Of a stretch of 64,000 nt of DNA, positions 10,261 to 25,307 are shown one piece after another; the first letter of the stretch is position 1; each line of letters starts with the position of its first letter. Under the pieces are notes generated by a model, which ran no database searches, had not been told where the DNA came from, and saw nothing but the letters and a program-made list of their open reading frames with translations. Source of the DNA: an uncultured Planctomycetota bacterium (GTDB lineage Bacteria > Planctomycetota > Planctomycetia > Gemmatales > Gemmataceae); assembly GCA_963849325.1 (NCBI GenBank), contig CAWKHF010000009.1:224001-288000 (forward strand). The letters are read 5' to 3'. Both the position numbers and the translations under genes were made by a program.

Positions 10261-11671
10261 TCATACGATCGGACGAATGACCTTGCCGAGAACGGACGTG
10301 AGCCGCTCCTTGCGGCCCAGGTGCAGGTACGTGAGCTGTTCCTGATCGAGTCCGAGTTGGTGCAGGATGGTCGTGTGGACGTCGCGGAAGTGATAGGGAT
10401 CCTGTACGGCGCGGAGTCCGATGTCGTCGGTGGCGCCGACGACGCGACCGCCCTGGATGCCGCCGCCGGCCAGCCACATCGAGAAGCCGAGGTTGTGATG
10501 GTCGCGGCCCTTGCCGCCCTGCGCCTCCGGCGAACGGCCGAACTCGCCGCCCCACAGCACGAGCGTCGAATCGAGCAGGCCGCGCCGTTTCAGATCGGCC
10601 AGCAAACCCGCGATCGGCCGATCGACCCGCGCCGCCATCTGCCCGTGGTTGGACTCGATGTCCTTGTGGGCGTCCCACTGCCGGGCGCCGCCGCCGGAGA
10701 CAACGACGATGAAGCGAACGCCCTTCTCGACCAGCCGCCGGGCCAGCAGACAGCGCCGGCCGTAATCGTCCGTCGGTTCGGCTCCGACGCCGTACAGGGC
10801 CAGCGTCTCGCGCGTCTCGCCGGATAAATCGAACACCTGCGGCGCCTCCGTCTGCATCCGGAAGGCCAGCTCATACGAACTGATGCGAGCGGCCAGTTCG
10901 TCGTCATCCGGCTCCCGCGCCGCCTCGTTCAGCGCGGATGAGATCGACCGTGGCGCGGCGCTGCGGTAGGCGGACGCCGGGCGGCAGATCGAGATTGCGG
11001 ACGGGGCGGGCGCCGCCGCGGAACATGGTCGGCTGATAGACCGCTGGCAGAAAGCCGTTGGCGTACATCGGCTGACCGGCTTCGAGCGCGCCGCCGGGAT
11101 CGGGCATGACGACGTAAGCCGGCAGCGACTGGCTTTCCGAGCCGAGTCCGTAGACGATCCAGGAACCCATGCTGGGGAAGCCCGGCACCACACGGCCGGT
11201 CAACAATTCATATTGTGCCGCTGAGTGAACGACCGAGTCGCCATGACAGGAGCGAACGACGGCCATGTCATCAATGTGGCGGGCGGTATGCGGGAAAAGG
11301 TCGGATACCTCGATGCCGCTGCGGCCGGACTTCGTGAACGAGCGCTTGCTGCCGAGCAGGCGAGCATCGCGCGAAATAAATTGATATTTCGCATCGCCGA
11401 ACTCTTTCGGACGCGCCTGGCCGTCGAGCTTGTTCAGCAGCGGCTTGGGGTCAAACGTCTCCAGATGACTCGGCCCGCCAGCCATGAACAAGAAGATCAC
11501 GGCCTTCGCCCTGGATGGCGGCGTGTGCGGCGGCCTGGGAGCCAGCGGGTTTACGGACGCGGCCCGTACCGCATCCTCATGCAAGAGCGAGGTCAGGGCC
11601 AGGGTGCCGAAGCCGCAGAAGGCGTCCCGCAGAAAGGCGCGGCGATCCGAAATCGTGCTCATGGTGCTCAA
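10261..11671 (-). CDS. DUF1501 protein, Tat-like N-terminus (frameshift ~10930)
   Basis: RRAFL, IFLFMAGGPSHLETFDPKP, CLLARRLVEKGVRF, WDAH, GEFGRSP, GRDHH. Confidence 0.92.
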
Positions 11672-13657
11672 TCGACGTAGAGGAAGGCGTTCAAGTTGAA
11701 CACGGCCAGGGCGAACTCGCGCAGCGGTTGTCGTTCCAGGAACTTTCGCGCCAGCTCGCGCTCGCGCAGCGTCGGGGCACGGCCGGTCGCCAGCCGGTAG
11801 GCGCGTTCGATCTGCCGGTCGGGGTCCACGCCCGCCTCGTGCCGCAGTCGCCGGGCGAACGCCTCGGCGAGACGATGCGAGGTCGTGCCGTTGAGCAGTT
11901 CAAGGGCTTGCAAGGCGTGCGTGCTGGCGGCGCGGCGCGGGCAGCTCGTCGCCGCGTCCGGCTGATCGAATACCTCCAGAAACGGCAGGCGCAGGTTACG
12001 CTTGGCCAGCAGATACACCGAGCGCCGATCGTGCTCGCTAACGTCGGCCGTCACCTGCCACTGTCCCGGATCGTAAAGCAGGTGAACGAGGTCGTCCTCG
12101 ACAGGAAGAACGACGCTGGGTCCGCCGGCCTTGAGGTTGAGCCGGCCTGCTGTCGCCAACATGGCATCGCGGACCTCCTCGGCGTCGAGGCGGCGTCGCG
12201 GAAAGCGTCCCAGCAGGCGGTTATCCGGGTCTTTGCGCCGGTAGGTATCGTCGTTGGGAGAACGCGATGCTTGCCGGTAGGTGTTGCTGAGCAGGATCAG
12301 GCGGTGGAGCGGCTTGAGGCGGCGCCCGCCGGCGAGGAATTCGTTGGCGAGGTAGTCGAGCAGTTCGGGATGGCTGGGTGGGCTGCCGTTGACGCCGAAA
12401 TCGTTGGGCGTCGCCACGATGCCCTGGCCGAAGTGATACAGCCAGACGCGATTGACGAACACGCGAGCGGCGAGTGGGTTGTCCGGGTCGTTGATCCAGG
12501 CGGCGAGGATGCTTCGCGGCTTCTTCGTTTCCGGCGGCAGCTCCGTCGTCTCCGCCGGCATCAGCGCGGACGGTACACGCATGCCGACCGGCTTGCCCTT
12601 GCTGCTCCGGATCGCCGCGCTTGAGGACGTGGATGGCGGTGCGCTCGGCCATCACGTCGCGGACGCTGCTCATGGTCGGCAGCGGCGGCGGCAGGCGGCG
12701 CTGCATCTGGGTCAGCTGCGCCCGCATCCGCAGACGCTCGCCGCCCTCGGCCGTCTCCAGCGCCTGCCGGATGCGCTTGATCTCCCCCTGAATGGTACTC
12801 GTGCGCGTTTCCCAGTCGGCCCGCGTCTTGGCGTCGGCCAGGACGATGTCGTGCTCCTGCGTCTGGGCCAGGAACGCTTGCAGCCGATAGTAGTCGGCCT
12901 GCGAGAAGTCGTCGAACTTGTGATCGTGGCAGCGGGCGCAGCCGACGGTCAGGCCGAGAAATACCGCACCGACGCTATCCGTCATTTCCGTGAGGACTTC
13001 GTTGCGGCTGAAGGCCACTTTCGGGTTGCCGGCGTTGCGACGGATCGGGCCGAGCCGATAGAAACCGACCGCGACTTCGCCGTCGGGCTGTCCGGGAGCG
13101 ATCTCGTCGCCGGCCAGTTGTTCGCGGACGAATTGGTCATAGGGCTTGTCGTCGTTGAAGCAACGGATGACGTAATCGCGATAGCGCCAGGCGCCGGGCC
13201 GAGGACGGTCGTACTCGAACCCTTCCGTCTCGGCGAAGCGGACGACGTCGAGCCAGTGGCGGCCCCAGCGTTCGCCGTAGTGCGGACTGACCAGCAGTTG
13301 ATCGACGAGCTTTTCGTAAGCACGCGGGTCCGGCGAGGAGACGAACGCGGCGATTTGCTCCGGCGTCGGCGGCAGGCCGGTCAGGTCGAACGTGAGACGG
13401 CGGATCAGCGTCCGTCGATCGGCTTCCGGGGCCGGCCGCAACCCTTCCTTCCGTAGACGGGCCAGGATGAAGGCATCGACCCCATTACGCACCCACACCC
13501 GTCCCGCCGGATCGTGGAAGGCGGGCGCGGCCGGTCTCTCGCGCTTGCGGAAGGACCAGTGGACCTTCTCGGCGTCACTGGGGCCATTTGGTGCGGCGGC
13601 GAGAGCGGCCGGAAGCAGAGCCATCGTCAGCAGGATAACCGTAAGGAGGCCGCGCAA
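11668..13657 (-). CDS. DUF1549/DUF1553 (PSD1) protein (frameshift ~12600)
   Basis: HWSF, RRLTFDLTGLPP, YGERWGRHWLD, CARCHDHKFD, NPLAARVFVNRVW, PSHPELLDYLA. TTG start inferred from a GGAG RBS. Confidence 0.9.
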
Positions 13658-13826
13658 CTTTTGTCTCCGGCTCGGCGGGCGAGCGACACACCTCGCGCCT
13701 TCCGATTGTAAGATAGCGCTCGCAGGGTGGTCAACAGGGGGGCGCGTGCTTGTAAAACCCGGTGGTCCGAGATAGTTTAGCTTTGCCAACCGAAACCGTC
13801 CCACCTTCTTCTCCAGAGGCGCGAGC

Positions 13827-14864
13827 ATGGAAACGAAGACACTGGCCATTCGTGCGGGAATCGTGGTACTGACCCTCCTCTGGTGCGGCCTGCGGGTCCG
13901 GGCCGAAGACCCGTGGGTCGTCTACCAAGGTTCGGATGGGCCGGGTAAGGGCAAACACGTCGTCCTCGTCAGCGGCGACGAGGAGTATCGCTCCGAGGAA
14001 GCGCTGCCGCAGCTGGGCAAAATCCTGGCGCGGCATCACGGTTTCAAATGTACCGTCCTGTTCGCCATCGACCCCACGGACGGCACCATCAATCCGAACA
14101 AGAACGACAACATCCCCGGCCTGGACGCGCTGAAAAAAGCCGATCTGATGATTCTCGCCACGCGCTTCCGCAACCTGCCGGACGAGCAGATGAAACACGT
14201 CGTCGAGTATGTCGAATCGGGCCGGCCAATCATCGGCATGCGGACGGCGACGCACGCTTTCAACCTCAAGAGCAAGACCTACGCTCGATATTCATGGGGC
14301 AACAAGGAGTGGCCGGGCGGCTTCGGCCGGCAGGTCCTCGGTGAAACCTGGGTCAATCACTGGGGCCGACACGGTTCGCAGAGCACGCGCGGCATCCTCG
14401 TCAAGGAGGAGGAACACAATCCCATCCTCCGCGGCATCAAGAATGGCGACATCTGGGGACCGACGGATGTTTATGAGGTCCACCTGCCGTTGCCCGGCGA
14501 CAGCAAGCCGCTGGTCCTCGGCCAAGTGCTCCAGGGCATGAAACCGACCGACCCGCCCCTCGAAGGCAAGAAGAACGATCCGATGATGCCGGTGGCGTGG
14601 ACGAAGACGTACAAAGGGGAGTCGGACAAGACCGGCCGCGTGTTCACGACCACGATGGGAGCGGCGACGGACCTGGAGAGCGAAGGACTGCGCCGGCTGC
14701 TCGTCAACGCCGCTTACTGGACTGTCGGCATGGAAGACAAGATCGCCGCGGATTTCAACGTGGAAATCGTCGGCGAATATAAGCCATCGCCCTTCAAGTT
14801 CGGTGGTTACAAGAAGGGCGTCAAGCCATCGGACTTGGCCCAGCCCGGCGACAGCGGCCGATAG
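13827..14864 (+). CDS. ThuA-like domain exported protein
   Basis: Signal peptide; [36 protein letters not shown]. Confidence 0.85.
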   Translation: METKTLAIRAGIVVLTLLWCGLRVRAEDPWVVYQGSDGPGKGKHVVLVSGDEEYRSEEALPQLGKILARHHGFKCTVLFAIDPTDGTINPNKNDNIPGLDALKKADLMILATRFRNLPDEQMKHVVEYVESGRPIIGMRTATHAFNLKSKTYARYSWGNKEWPGGFGRQVLGETWVNHWGRHGSQSTRGILVKEEEHNPILRGIKNGDIWGPTDVYEVHLPLPGDSKPLVLGQVLQGMKPTDPPLEGKKNDPMMPVAWTKTYKGESDKTGRVFTTTMGAATDLESEGLRRLLVNAAYWTVGMEDKIAADFNVEIVGEYKPSPFKFGGYKKGVKPSDLAQPGDSGR

Positions 14865-14875
14865 AGGGAGTTCTC

Positions 14876-16584
<1,709 letters not shown>

Positions 16585-16613
16585 GGACGCTCAAGAGAGA
16601 CGGACGATCGTCT

Positions 16614-17287
16614 TCACGCGAGCAGGTCCACTACGTGGCGTGCCGAGACCTGTTCGAGCGTTTCGACGACGAGGTCGGCGCCGGCTTGGCGCAGACTCGA
16701 TTCGGCGTGGTGCCCGACGAAACGGACGGCGACGCATTTCATGCCGCCCGCACGAGCGGCCTGCACGCCGGCAACGGCATCCTCGAAGACCACGCAACGA
16801 ACCGGAGCAACGCCGAGCCGCTGGGCGGCCACAAGGAAGACCTGCGGGTCCGGCTTGCCGCGCTGCGTGTCCTCACTGCCGACCACGGCGGCGAAGAAAC
16901 GTTCGATGCCCGTCAGCCGAAGGATCAATTCGAGATTGGCGTGCGGGTGCTGGACCCGATGGCCTGGGCGAAACCGTACTGGTGCAGGTCTTCCACAAGC
17001 CGTTGAACTCCCGGCAACAGGCCCACTCCTTTGGCGGCAGCGGCCCGATAGAGGACTTCCTTGCGCTCGCCGAGGGACGCGATTTCCTGGTCGTTGAAAC
17101 GATCGCCGAAAAGGGCGCGAATGATTTCGGGATTGCGCTGACCGAAGGTCGCGGCGAAGTCCGCGCGCGTGAAGTCCCGGCCGTGCTCGCGGCATACCGC
17201 CTGCCACGCCTGAAAGTGCAGCTGGGCCGTATCGACCAGCGTGCCGTCCACGTCCCAGATGGCCGCTTGGCCGTTGCTCTCCGGCAT
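16614..17287 (-). CDS. HAD-family phosphatase, beta-phosphoglucomutase-like (frameshift ~16950)
   Basis: WDVDGTLVDT, GKPDPQVF, VFEDAVAGV. Confidence 0.9.
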
Positions 17288-17329
17288 CGTCTATCCTCTT
17301 TTTTTCCGAGAGGTCCTGTCTTTCGGCGA

Positions 17330-17896
17330 TCACTCGAAGAATCGGCGCACGGGGACGCTCAACTCGCCAAGGATGTCCGGCAAGTGCAGTTCGTCGTCCG
17401 CGTGCAGGGTGCGCGGAAGCTCATCTGCCCGGTACACCTGGACCGTTTCGCTCACCTGGTCCAGCAAGCCGACGACGATAACTCCCGCTTCCAGGTACTC
17501 TCCCGCTTTGGCGATTAGGCGCGACCAGCGTTCGGTCGGCGAGCGGACCTCGAACACGAGTTCGGGCACGACATCGAGATAGCCGGCCGGCAGCGGCCCT
17601 TGTGGAACGCGGGCATAGCTGTAGTAGGCTACGTCGCCGCCGCGGAGTGTATCGGGGTCGCGCTCGGTGAGAATACCCCCGTCATTACTCACGACCCGAC
17701 CCATTCCCCGACCCCGGACGTAAGGATTAATCAGCGTGGTGATGTTGGCACAAATCTCCCCGTGGCGCGGTGCCGGTACGTTCATCTCGACGATCCTCCC
17801 GCGGACCAACTCGGTCGGAACCCCCCGGTCGGGAAGCTGCGTGTACTCCGCGGCGCTGAGCAGACGTTGGGGGGAGGAGGTGGTGGAAGGGACCAT
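17330..17896 (-). CDS. Uma2/DUF820 endonuclease-fold protein
   Basis: [37 protein letters not shown]. Confidence 0.92.
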   Translation of the reverse strand: MVPSTTSSPQRLLSAAEYTQLPDRGVPTELVRGRIVEMNVPAPRHGEICANITTLINPYVRGRGMGRVVSNDGGILTERDPDTLRGGDVAYYSYARVPQGPLPAGYLDVVPELVFEVRSPTERWSRLIAKAGEYLEAGVIVVGLLDQVSETVQVYRADELPRTLHADDELHLPDILGELSVPVRRFFE

Positions 17897-18127
17897 GCGA
17901 TTCGAGCCTCTCCGGAATCGATGGGCGGCGGCGACTTCGCCATCCAGCTTACAGGATACGGAAACGAGGGTCGGGCTGGCTTGGTTATCTCGCGCTGGGC
18001 TCCCGGCTGCAATAACGGAAATGGTCCAAAGGCCTCTCGGCCGACTCGGCCCTTGACGCCCCGCCGAACAGCGTTTATCTCTGACCTTGCCCGAATCGAT
18101 CGACCCTCCACCCTACGGATGTCAGCC

Positions 18128-20088
<1,961 letters not shown>

Positions 20089-20169
20089 TTTTCGCGTCCG
20101 GCCGTGCTCGAACTCCTCGACGCGCACTTGCTTGCCTCGCCCCGTTCGACACGTTATCATCAGCGCCAT

Positions 20170-20228
20170 CGTCCCGCAGCACCAGCAACGGGTTGCGTCC
20201 GCCCGGCGCTGGCGCTCCGGGCAGGACG
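20170..20228. repeat. Degenerate REP-like palindrome (same family as 42794)
   Basis: CCCGCAGCACCAGCAACGGG ... CCGGCGCTGGCGCTCCGGG. Confidence 0.5.
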
Positions 20229-20415
20229 CGTTGTTGTCTCATCGCGGCCCCGTACAAATCTCCTCGATAAATGTTCTTCTCTGCACCTTTGACCTCTCCC
20301 GGATGTTGAACTAGGCTTGATTGGCGACATAGCCTTGCGTGGATCCTGCGCAACAATCCGGCTTCTTGGGCCGATGGATTTGCGAGGCTTTCCAAATCTA
20401 ACGGGAGACGTGCCG

Positions 20416-21421
20416 ATGCTCTTGGAATGTCCGAAATGCTATACCTCTCTGGCCGTCGGACCAAATGAAAGACCTCGGCTCTGGTGTCCCCATTGCGGCA
20501 CGGATGTGAGAACTCTCGTCTCGCCCCCCGCCGAAACAGGTTGTGATGGCCGGGGCTTCCGGCATCGAAAGGCCCCAGCTCGCGAAGCCATCGCCAATCG
20601 CCGCCACCCCGATAGGAGACGGGTCCGCATCCACCTCCACCCTGGCCCCTTCGGCTGGCTCCCACCCCGCGGTGGCGACCTCGCGCACCGATCCTGAGTT
20701 TGTCTTCCGGCCCAACTTCCTGTGGCAAGCACTGTTCTTGCTGGTGTCGTTCGTGTGTTTCGGAATTGTCGCCATCGCCGTCCACCAGTATCTTCGTGCG
20801 TCAGCGATTAGGCCGCCCAAGCCCGGGACCGTGTTAGCCCTGACCGTCCTGTTCGGCGGCGGTGGCCTCGCGATGGCGTACGCCGGTCTGCGTCTGGTGG
20901 GCATGAAGTATCTCATCTTCCCGGACCACTTCGTCCATGCCCAGAACGGGGAAACGACCACGTACACCTGGGACCAGATCCGAGCAGTCATCCACTCCGT
21001 GCATCCAGGCTGGCAGAAGTATGAGATAGCCACGCGCAAGGGCCGGGTACTGACCCTCACCAGCCAGATCTGGAAATATACCCAGTTGGGAAAAGTGATT
21101 GCGGAGCGGGCGGCTCAAGTCCAGTTGCCCGGGGCCGTGCAGCAAATCGAGTCGGGCCTTACTTTGAAATGCGGGCCCATTTCCGCCGATCGATCCGGAG
21201 TGGTCTGCTTCGGCCAAGCACTGCCGTGGGAGCACCTCCAATCCCTGTCGTTCGGATTCAACAATATCCCCCAAGGGCCGGATAGGCGGATTTCCAACAT
21301 GGTCCATCTGCACCTTAACGACATCCATCGGGTGGAGCTAGGGACGATTCCGAATTACAAGCTTTTTGAGATGCTGGTGCTCTATTACCAACCTGCCTGC
21401 CTGGTGGCGCCGCTTGCCTGA
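20416..21421 (+). CDS. Membrane protein, N-terminal Zn ribbon plus DUF6585-like domain (probable frameshift ~20530)
   Basis: CPKC...CPHC in one frame, then two TM helices and IESGLTLKCGPISADRSGV...LPW...IPN in the next. Confidence 0.55.
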
Positions 21422-21430
21422 GTTCACCGT

Positions 21431-21457
21431 TAGGACGGACTGGGAAGCCCGTCCTAC
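21431..21457. repeat. GTAG-type REP-like hairpin between convergent genes
   Basis: TAGGACGG(AC)-loop-(GC)CCGTCCTAC. Confidence 0.6.
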
Positions 21458-21490
21458 AGGATGCTCTTGCTTGCCATCGTCGCAAGCGCT

Positions 21491-22744
21491 CTAAACGAAC
21501 GGGATATTCCCACCACCCGCCGTCATCCCCGCGCCGATCTCACGGTAAAAATCACTTGTCCTCCGGGCGATGCTCGCCCAGCTAAAAAAGCGCTCGACGC
21601 GCTGGCGCGAGCGTTTGCCCATCTGCCGCAGGCGCTCGGGATCGGCCAGGAGGCTGTTGACGGCGTCGGCCAGGCCGCGGGCGAAACCGTCCGGGTCGCG
21701 CGGCTCGAAGTCGGTGCCGCCGCGCGGCTCGAACGGCACGAGCAGGCCGGTCTCGTCCGGCACCACCACTTCCTTGATGCCTCCAACGGCCGAGGCGACG
21801 ACCGGCGTTCCGCACGCCATCGCTTCCAGGTTGATGATGCCGAACGGCTCGTAGACCGAAGGACAGACAAACAGCGCCGCCTGCGAGTATAGCGGAATGA
21901 TGTCTTCCTTGGTCAGCATTTGAGCGATCCAGATTATCGGATTGGACGTGCCCCGCCGGGCCTGTTCGACCGCCTCGGCCATCTCGCGGCCGATCTCCTC
22001 CGTATCCGGGGCGCCGGCGCACAGGACCACCTGCGTTCCCGGACGGATGTGCGGGATGGCGTGGACGAGATGGATGATTCCCTTCTGGCGCGTGATGCGG
22101 CCGACGAACAGCACGAAAGGCATGCCGGCGTCAATGCGGTAACGGGCCAGGACGGCCGGGTCCGGCGTGGGCTTGTACTGGTTGAGGTCGATACCGTTGG
22201 GAATGACGCGGATGCGGTCGGACGCCACCGCGTACAACTCGTGGACGTCGGCACGCATCGCCTCGGAGACGGCAATCACGCCGTCGGCGTTCTGGTAGGC
22301 GGTGCGCTCGATCCAGGTGCTGGCGCGGTAGGCGCTGCCCAGCTGTTCCACCTTCCAGGGACGATGCGGCTCCAGCGAGTGCGTGGTCAGCACCAGCGGA
22401 GCGCCGGTCAGTTGCTTCGCCAGGCAGCCGGCGAGGTGGGTATACCAGGTGTGGCAATGGATGACGTCGAGTCCGTCCAGACTGCCCGCCATGAGGAGAT
22501 CGCGGGCCAGGGTATCCATGAATTTCTGGTGGCGCGAGTCCTGGTACGGTAGAACGAAGTTGGACCGTACTCCGCGAACCGTCAGGTTGCCCTCCTGGAT
22601 GGACTGCTCGCCAAAGGCCAGCACCGTGACCGTATGCGTGCCGTCATCAAGGCGTGTCAACTCGCGCGTGAGGTACTCGACGTGGACGCCGGCCCCTCCG
22701 TAGATGTGGGGGGGATACTCGTTGGTGAGGATGGCGATCCGCAT
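21491..22744 (-). CDS. glgA: GT4 glycogen synthase, actinobacterial GlgA/GlgM type
   Basis: EYPPHIYGGAGVHV, HCHTWY, HSLEPHRPWKVEQLG, FVGRITRQKG, CPSVYEPFGIINLEAMAC. Confidence 0.92.
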   Translation of the reverse strand: MRIAILTNEYPPHIYGGAGVHVEYLTRELTRLDDGTHTVTVLAFGEQSIQEGNLTVRGVRSNFVLPYQDSRHQKFMDTLARDLLMAGSLDGLDVIHCHTWYTHLAGCLAKQLTGAPLVLTTHSLEPHRPWKVEQLGSAYRASTWIERTAYQNADGVIAVSEAMRADVHELYAVASDRIRVIPNGIDLNQYKPTPDPAVLARYRIDAGMPFVLFVGRITRQKGIIHLVHAIPHIRPGTQVVLCAGAPDTEEIGREMAEAVEQARRGTSNPIIWIAQMLTKEDIIPLYSQAALFVCPSVYEPFGIINLEAMACGTPVVASAVGGIKEVVVPDETGLLVPFEPRGGTDFEPRDPDGFARGLADAVNSLLADPERLRQMGKRSRQRVERFFSWASIARRTSDFYREIGAGMTAGGGNIPFV

Positions 22745-22778
22745 CGGACCCACTCTCTGCTGAGCGACGTGAGCGAAG

Positions 22779-22802
22779 GAGCGGCGGCGAACGCCGCCGC
22801 TC
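22779..22802. repeat. Hairpin between yciF-like gene and glgA
   Basis: GAGCGGCGGCG-AA-CGCCGCCGCTC. Confidence 0.6.
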
Positions 22803-22827
22803 TCTCGACCACAGGCCCGTCACCGAC

Positions 22828-23346
22828 TCATCGTGCCGTCGCGGCCTTGGGGTTGATCCCCTTCTCGGCCAATCCCGTTAGTTTGCGGTCGGTCTCGGCT
22901 TCCTCGTCCAGCGTCTGCTGGAGCAGGCGGGCGGCGTCCGACTTGCCCAGTCGCTGCGCGAAGGTGCGAACCGTGCCGTAGCCGGCGATTTCGTAGTGTT
23001 CGACGCGCTGCGCCGCCGCGATCAGCGCCGCGTCCTTGACGTTGGGGTCGCCCGTGCCGCTGATGACCTCGGAGCCTTCCTCCACGAGTCCCTTCATCGC
23101 CTCGCAGGTCTTCGACTCGGCGCTCTTGCCCAGACCCTTGAACACCTGTTCCAGACGGGTGATGTGGTTCTCCGTCTGGCGAAGGTGCTCCTCGAAAGCG
23201 GACTTCAGGGCGGGGTTGTGCGCCGCCGCAGCCATCTTGGGCAGCGCCTTGGTCAGCCGCTGCTCCGCGTCGTACAGGTCTTGCAGCTGCTCCACGAATA
23301 GGTCGTCGAACGAATTCAACGCCGCACTGCTGCTAAAAAGCCCCAT
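22828..23346 (-). CDS. yciF: YciF/DUF892 ferritin-like stress protein
   Basis: LQDLYDAE, HLRQTENH, CEAMKGLVEEG, AQRVEHYEIAGYG. Confidence 0.93.
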   Translation of the reverse strand: MGLFSSSAALNSFDDLFVEQLQDLYDAEQRLTKALPKMAAAAHNPALKSAFEEHLRQTENHITRLEQVFKGLGKSAESKTCEAMKGLVEEGSEVISGTGDPNVKDAALIAAAQRVEHYEIAGYGTVRTFAQRLGKSDAARLLQQTLDEEAETDRKLTGLAEKGINPKAATAR

Positions 23347-23435
23347 ACTATCCTCCTTTATTGCTGGGCTGGAGACCGGACGGCCTCATCCACGTGACGT
23401 GGCCGGTGCCGGGGACTCAACCATGATCTCCATTC

Positions 23436-23451
23436 AGCAAACGCGGTGCCG
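23436..23451 (-). promoter_or_regulatory. Candidate sigma-54 (-24/-12) promoter for yciF-glgA
   Basis: Minus strand CGGCAC-CGCGT-TTGCT matches YGGCAC-N5-TTGCW with exact spacing, ~90 bp upstream of the yciF start. Confidence 0.7.
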
Positions 23452-23458
23452 GGAGCTG

Positions 23459-24685
23459 TCACTGCAGGCGAACGCGCACGACCTTGCGATTGCCGACACG
23501 GACGATCAAACCGGACGTGACCAGGACCACGGCGTTGACGTCGGTGACTTTCTCGCGGTCGGGTCCGAGCGTGACGCCGCCACCCTGGATGAGACGCCGG
23601 GCCTCGTTGTTACTCGGTGCCAGTTTGAGAGCCACCAGCAGTTTGGATACCGCGATCTTGCCGTCGGTCAGGCTCGCCGCAGGCACGACGGCTTCGGGGA
23701 TGTCGGTCGGATCTTGTTTCTGGGAGAAGCGCTTGCGCCACTCCTCCGCCGCCGCCCCCGCCGCCGGCTCGCCGTGGTAGAACGTGACGATGTCCCTGCC
23801 CAGCGCCTCCTTCGCCTGCCGCGGATGAGTCGCTTGCGGGTCGATAAGCCGGGCTATCTCCTCGGACGAGCGATCCGTCAGCAGCGTGAACCACTCGTGC
23901 ATCAGGTCATCGGGAATGCTCATGGTCTTGGCGAATTGATCATAGGCCGGTTCGCCGACGCCGATGTAGTTGCCCAGGCTCTTGCCCATGCGCCGTCCGC
24001 CGTCGAGGCCGCGCAGGATGGGCAGCGTCAGGCACACTTGCGGCTCCTGGCCGGCGTCCTCCTGCAAGCGACGGCCGACCATCAGGTTGAACAGTTGCTC
24101 GCTGCCGCCCAGTTCCACGTCGGCGCGGACCTCGACGCTGTCCTGTCCCTGCATCAGCGGGTACAGACATTCGTGCAGGTAGATCGGCACGGACGGCTCG
24201 GCCCGGAAACGCTTGGTGAAGTCGTCGCGCTCCAGCATGCGCTGCACGGTGATTTTGCTGGTCAGGGCCAGCACGTCGAGGAACGTCATTCGGCCGAACC
24301 AGTCGCCGTTGTGAACGACCTCGGCCCGATTGATGTCGATGACCTTGCTGACTTGCTGGAGGTAATCGCGTGCGTTGGCCTCGACCTGCTCCGGCGTCAG
24401 GCGGGCGCGGGTCTGATCGCGGCCGCTGGGATCGCCGACCAGGGCGGTGTAATTGCCGATGATGAGCACCGCTTGATGGCCCAGTTCCTGGAAGACACGC
24501 AGCTTGCGCAGCGGTACGGTATGGCCCAGATGAACGTCGATGCCGGTCGGGTCGATGCCGTACTTGACGCGCAGCGGCTTGCCGGTCTGCACACTGCGTT
24601 CGAGCTTGCGAACCAACTCCGCCTCGGGCACGACCTGCTCGGCGCCTCGACGAATCCGCTCCAGCTGTTCGGCGACACTCTTCAC
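23459..24685 (-). CDS. tyrS: Tyrosyl-tRNA synthetase
   Basis: GIDPTGIDVHLGH, YPLMQGQDS, MGKSLGNY, C-terminal S4 domain. GTG start after GGAGAGG. Confidence 0.96.
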   Translation of the reverse strand: MKSVAEQLERIRRGAEQVVPEAELVRKLERSVQTGKPLRVKYGIDPTGIDVHLGHTVPLRKLRVFQELGHQAVLIIGNYTALVGDPSGRDQTRARLTPEQVEANARDYLQQVSKVIDINRAEVVHNGDWFGRMTFLDVLALTSKITVQRMLERDDFTKRFRAEPSVPIYLHECLYPLMQGQDSVEVRADVELGGSEQLFNLMVGRRLQEDAGQEPQVCLTLPILRGLDGGRRMGKSLGNYIGVGEPAYDQFAKTMSIPDDLMHEWFTLLTDRSSEEIARLIDPQATHPRQAKEALGRDIVTFYHGEPAAGAAAEEWRKRFSQKQDPTDIPEAVVPAASLTDGKIAVSKLLVALKLAPSNNEARRLIQGGGVTLGPDREKVTDVNAVVLVTSGLIVRVGNRKVVRVRLQ

Positions 24686-24708
24686 AGTGCGTTTCCTCTC
24701 CAAAAACA

Positions 24709-24866
24709 TTTCACCACGGAAAACACGGAAAACACGGAAAAAAGACAAAAAAGAGCGAAAAACCAAAGATACCATTGATGGGTTCGCGATTGCCATTGTC
24801 CTCTCGTACTTGCGGACGGTCTCCTCTCTGATTTTTTCCGTGTTTTCCGTGTTTTCCGTGGTGAAA
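24709..24866. repeat. MITE/REP-like element with 35-bp perfect inverted repeats of 9-bp units
   Basis: TTTCACC(ACGGAAAAC)2ACGGAAAAAA at 24709-24743 and its exact reverse complement at 24832-24866. Confidence 0.9.
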
Positions 24867-24873
24867 GTCTTCT

Positions 24874-25290
24874 TCAGTGGTACATCTGGAGTCGGCCGAT
24901 GGCCTCGAAGGCTTGACGGTAATGGACGATGCGCGGTTCGCGCTGTTGGGCCGGCCAACTCAGGGCGAGCACGTCGAAGCGGGCAGCGCCGTCGAGCAAG
25001 TGATGTTCTTGCAGATAATACAGGGCCAGACGGGTCAGTCGGCGCTGCTTGGCCTGGTCCACCGAGGCGGCAGGACGATCGAGGTCGTCGCCGCCGGTCG
25101 AGCGGACCTCGACGAAGACGACGCAACGGCCGTCCAGCGCGATCAGGTCGAGTTCGCCGTGCGGGCAGGTGTAATTGCGGGCCAGGATGCGGAAACCCTG
25201 GCGGCGCAGAAAACGAGCGGCGGCGCGCTCGGAGCGTGTGCCGAACCAGCGCCGCCACCAGGGTTGCTTCGCCGGAGAAGACGGGGGCAT
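24874..25290 (-). CDS. yraN: YraN/UPF0102 family protein
   Basis: ERAAARFL, ILARNY, GELDLIA, VFVEVRS, RFDV. Confidence 0.92.
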   Translation of the reverse strand: MPPSSPAKQPWWRRWFGTRSERAAARFLRRQGFRILARNYTCPHGELDLIALDGRCVVFVEVRSTGGDDLDRPAASVDQAKQRRLTRLALYYLQEHHLLDGAARFDVLALSWPAQQREPRIVHYRQAFEAIGRLQMYH

Positions 25291-25307
25291 GACGGACCCC
25301 AGCGAGG

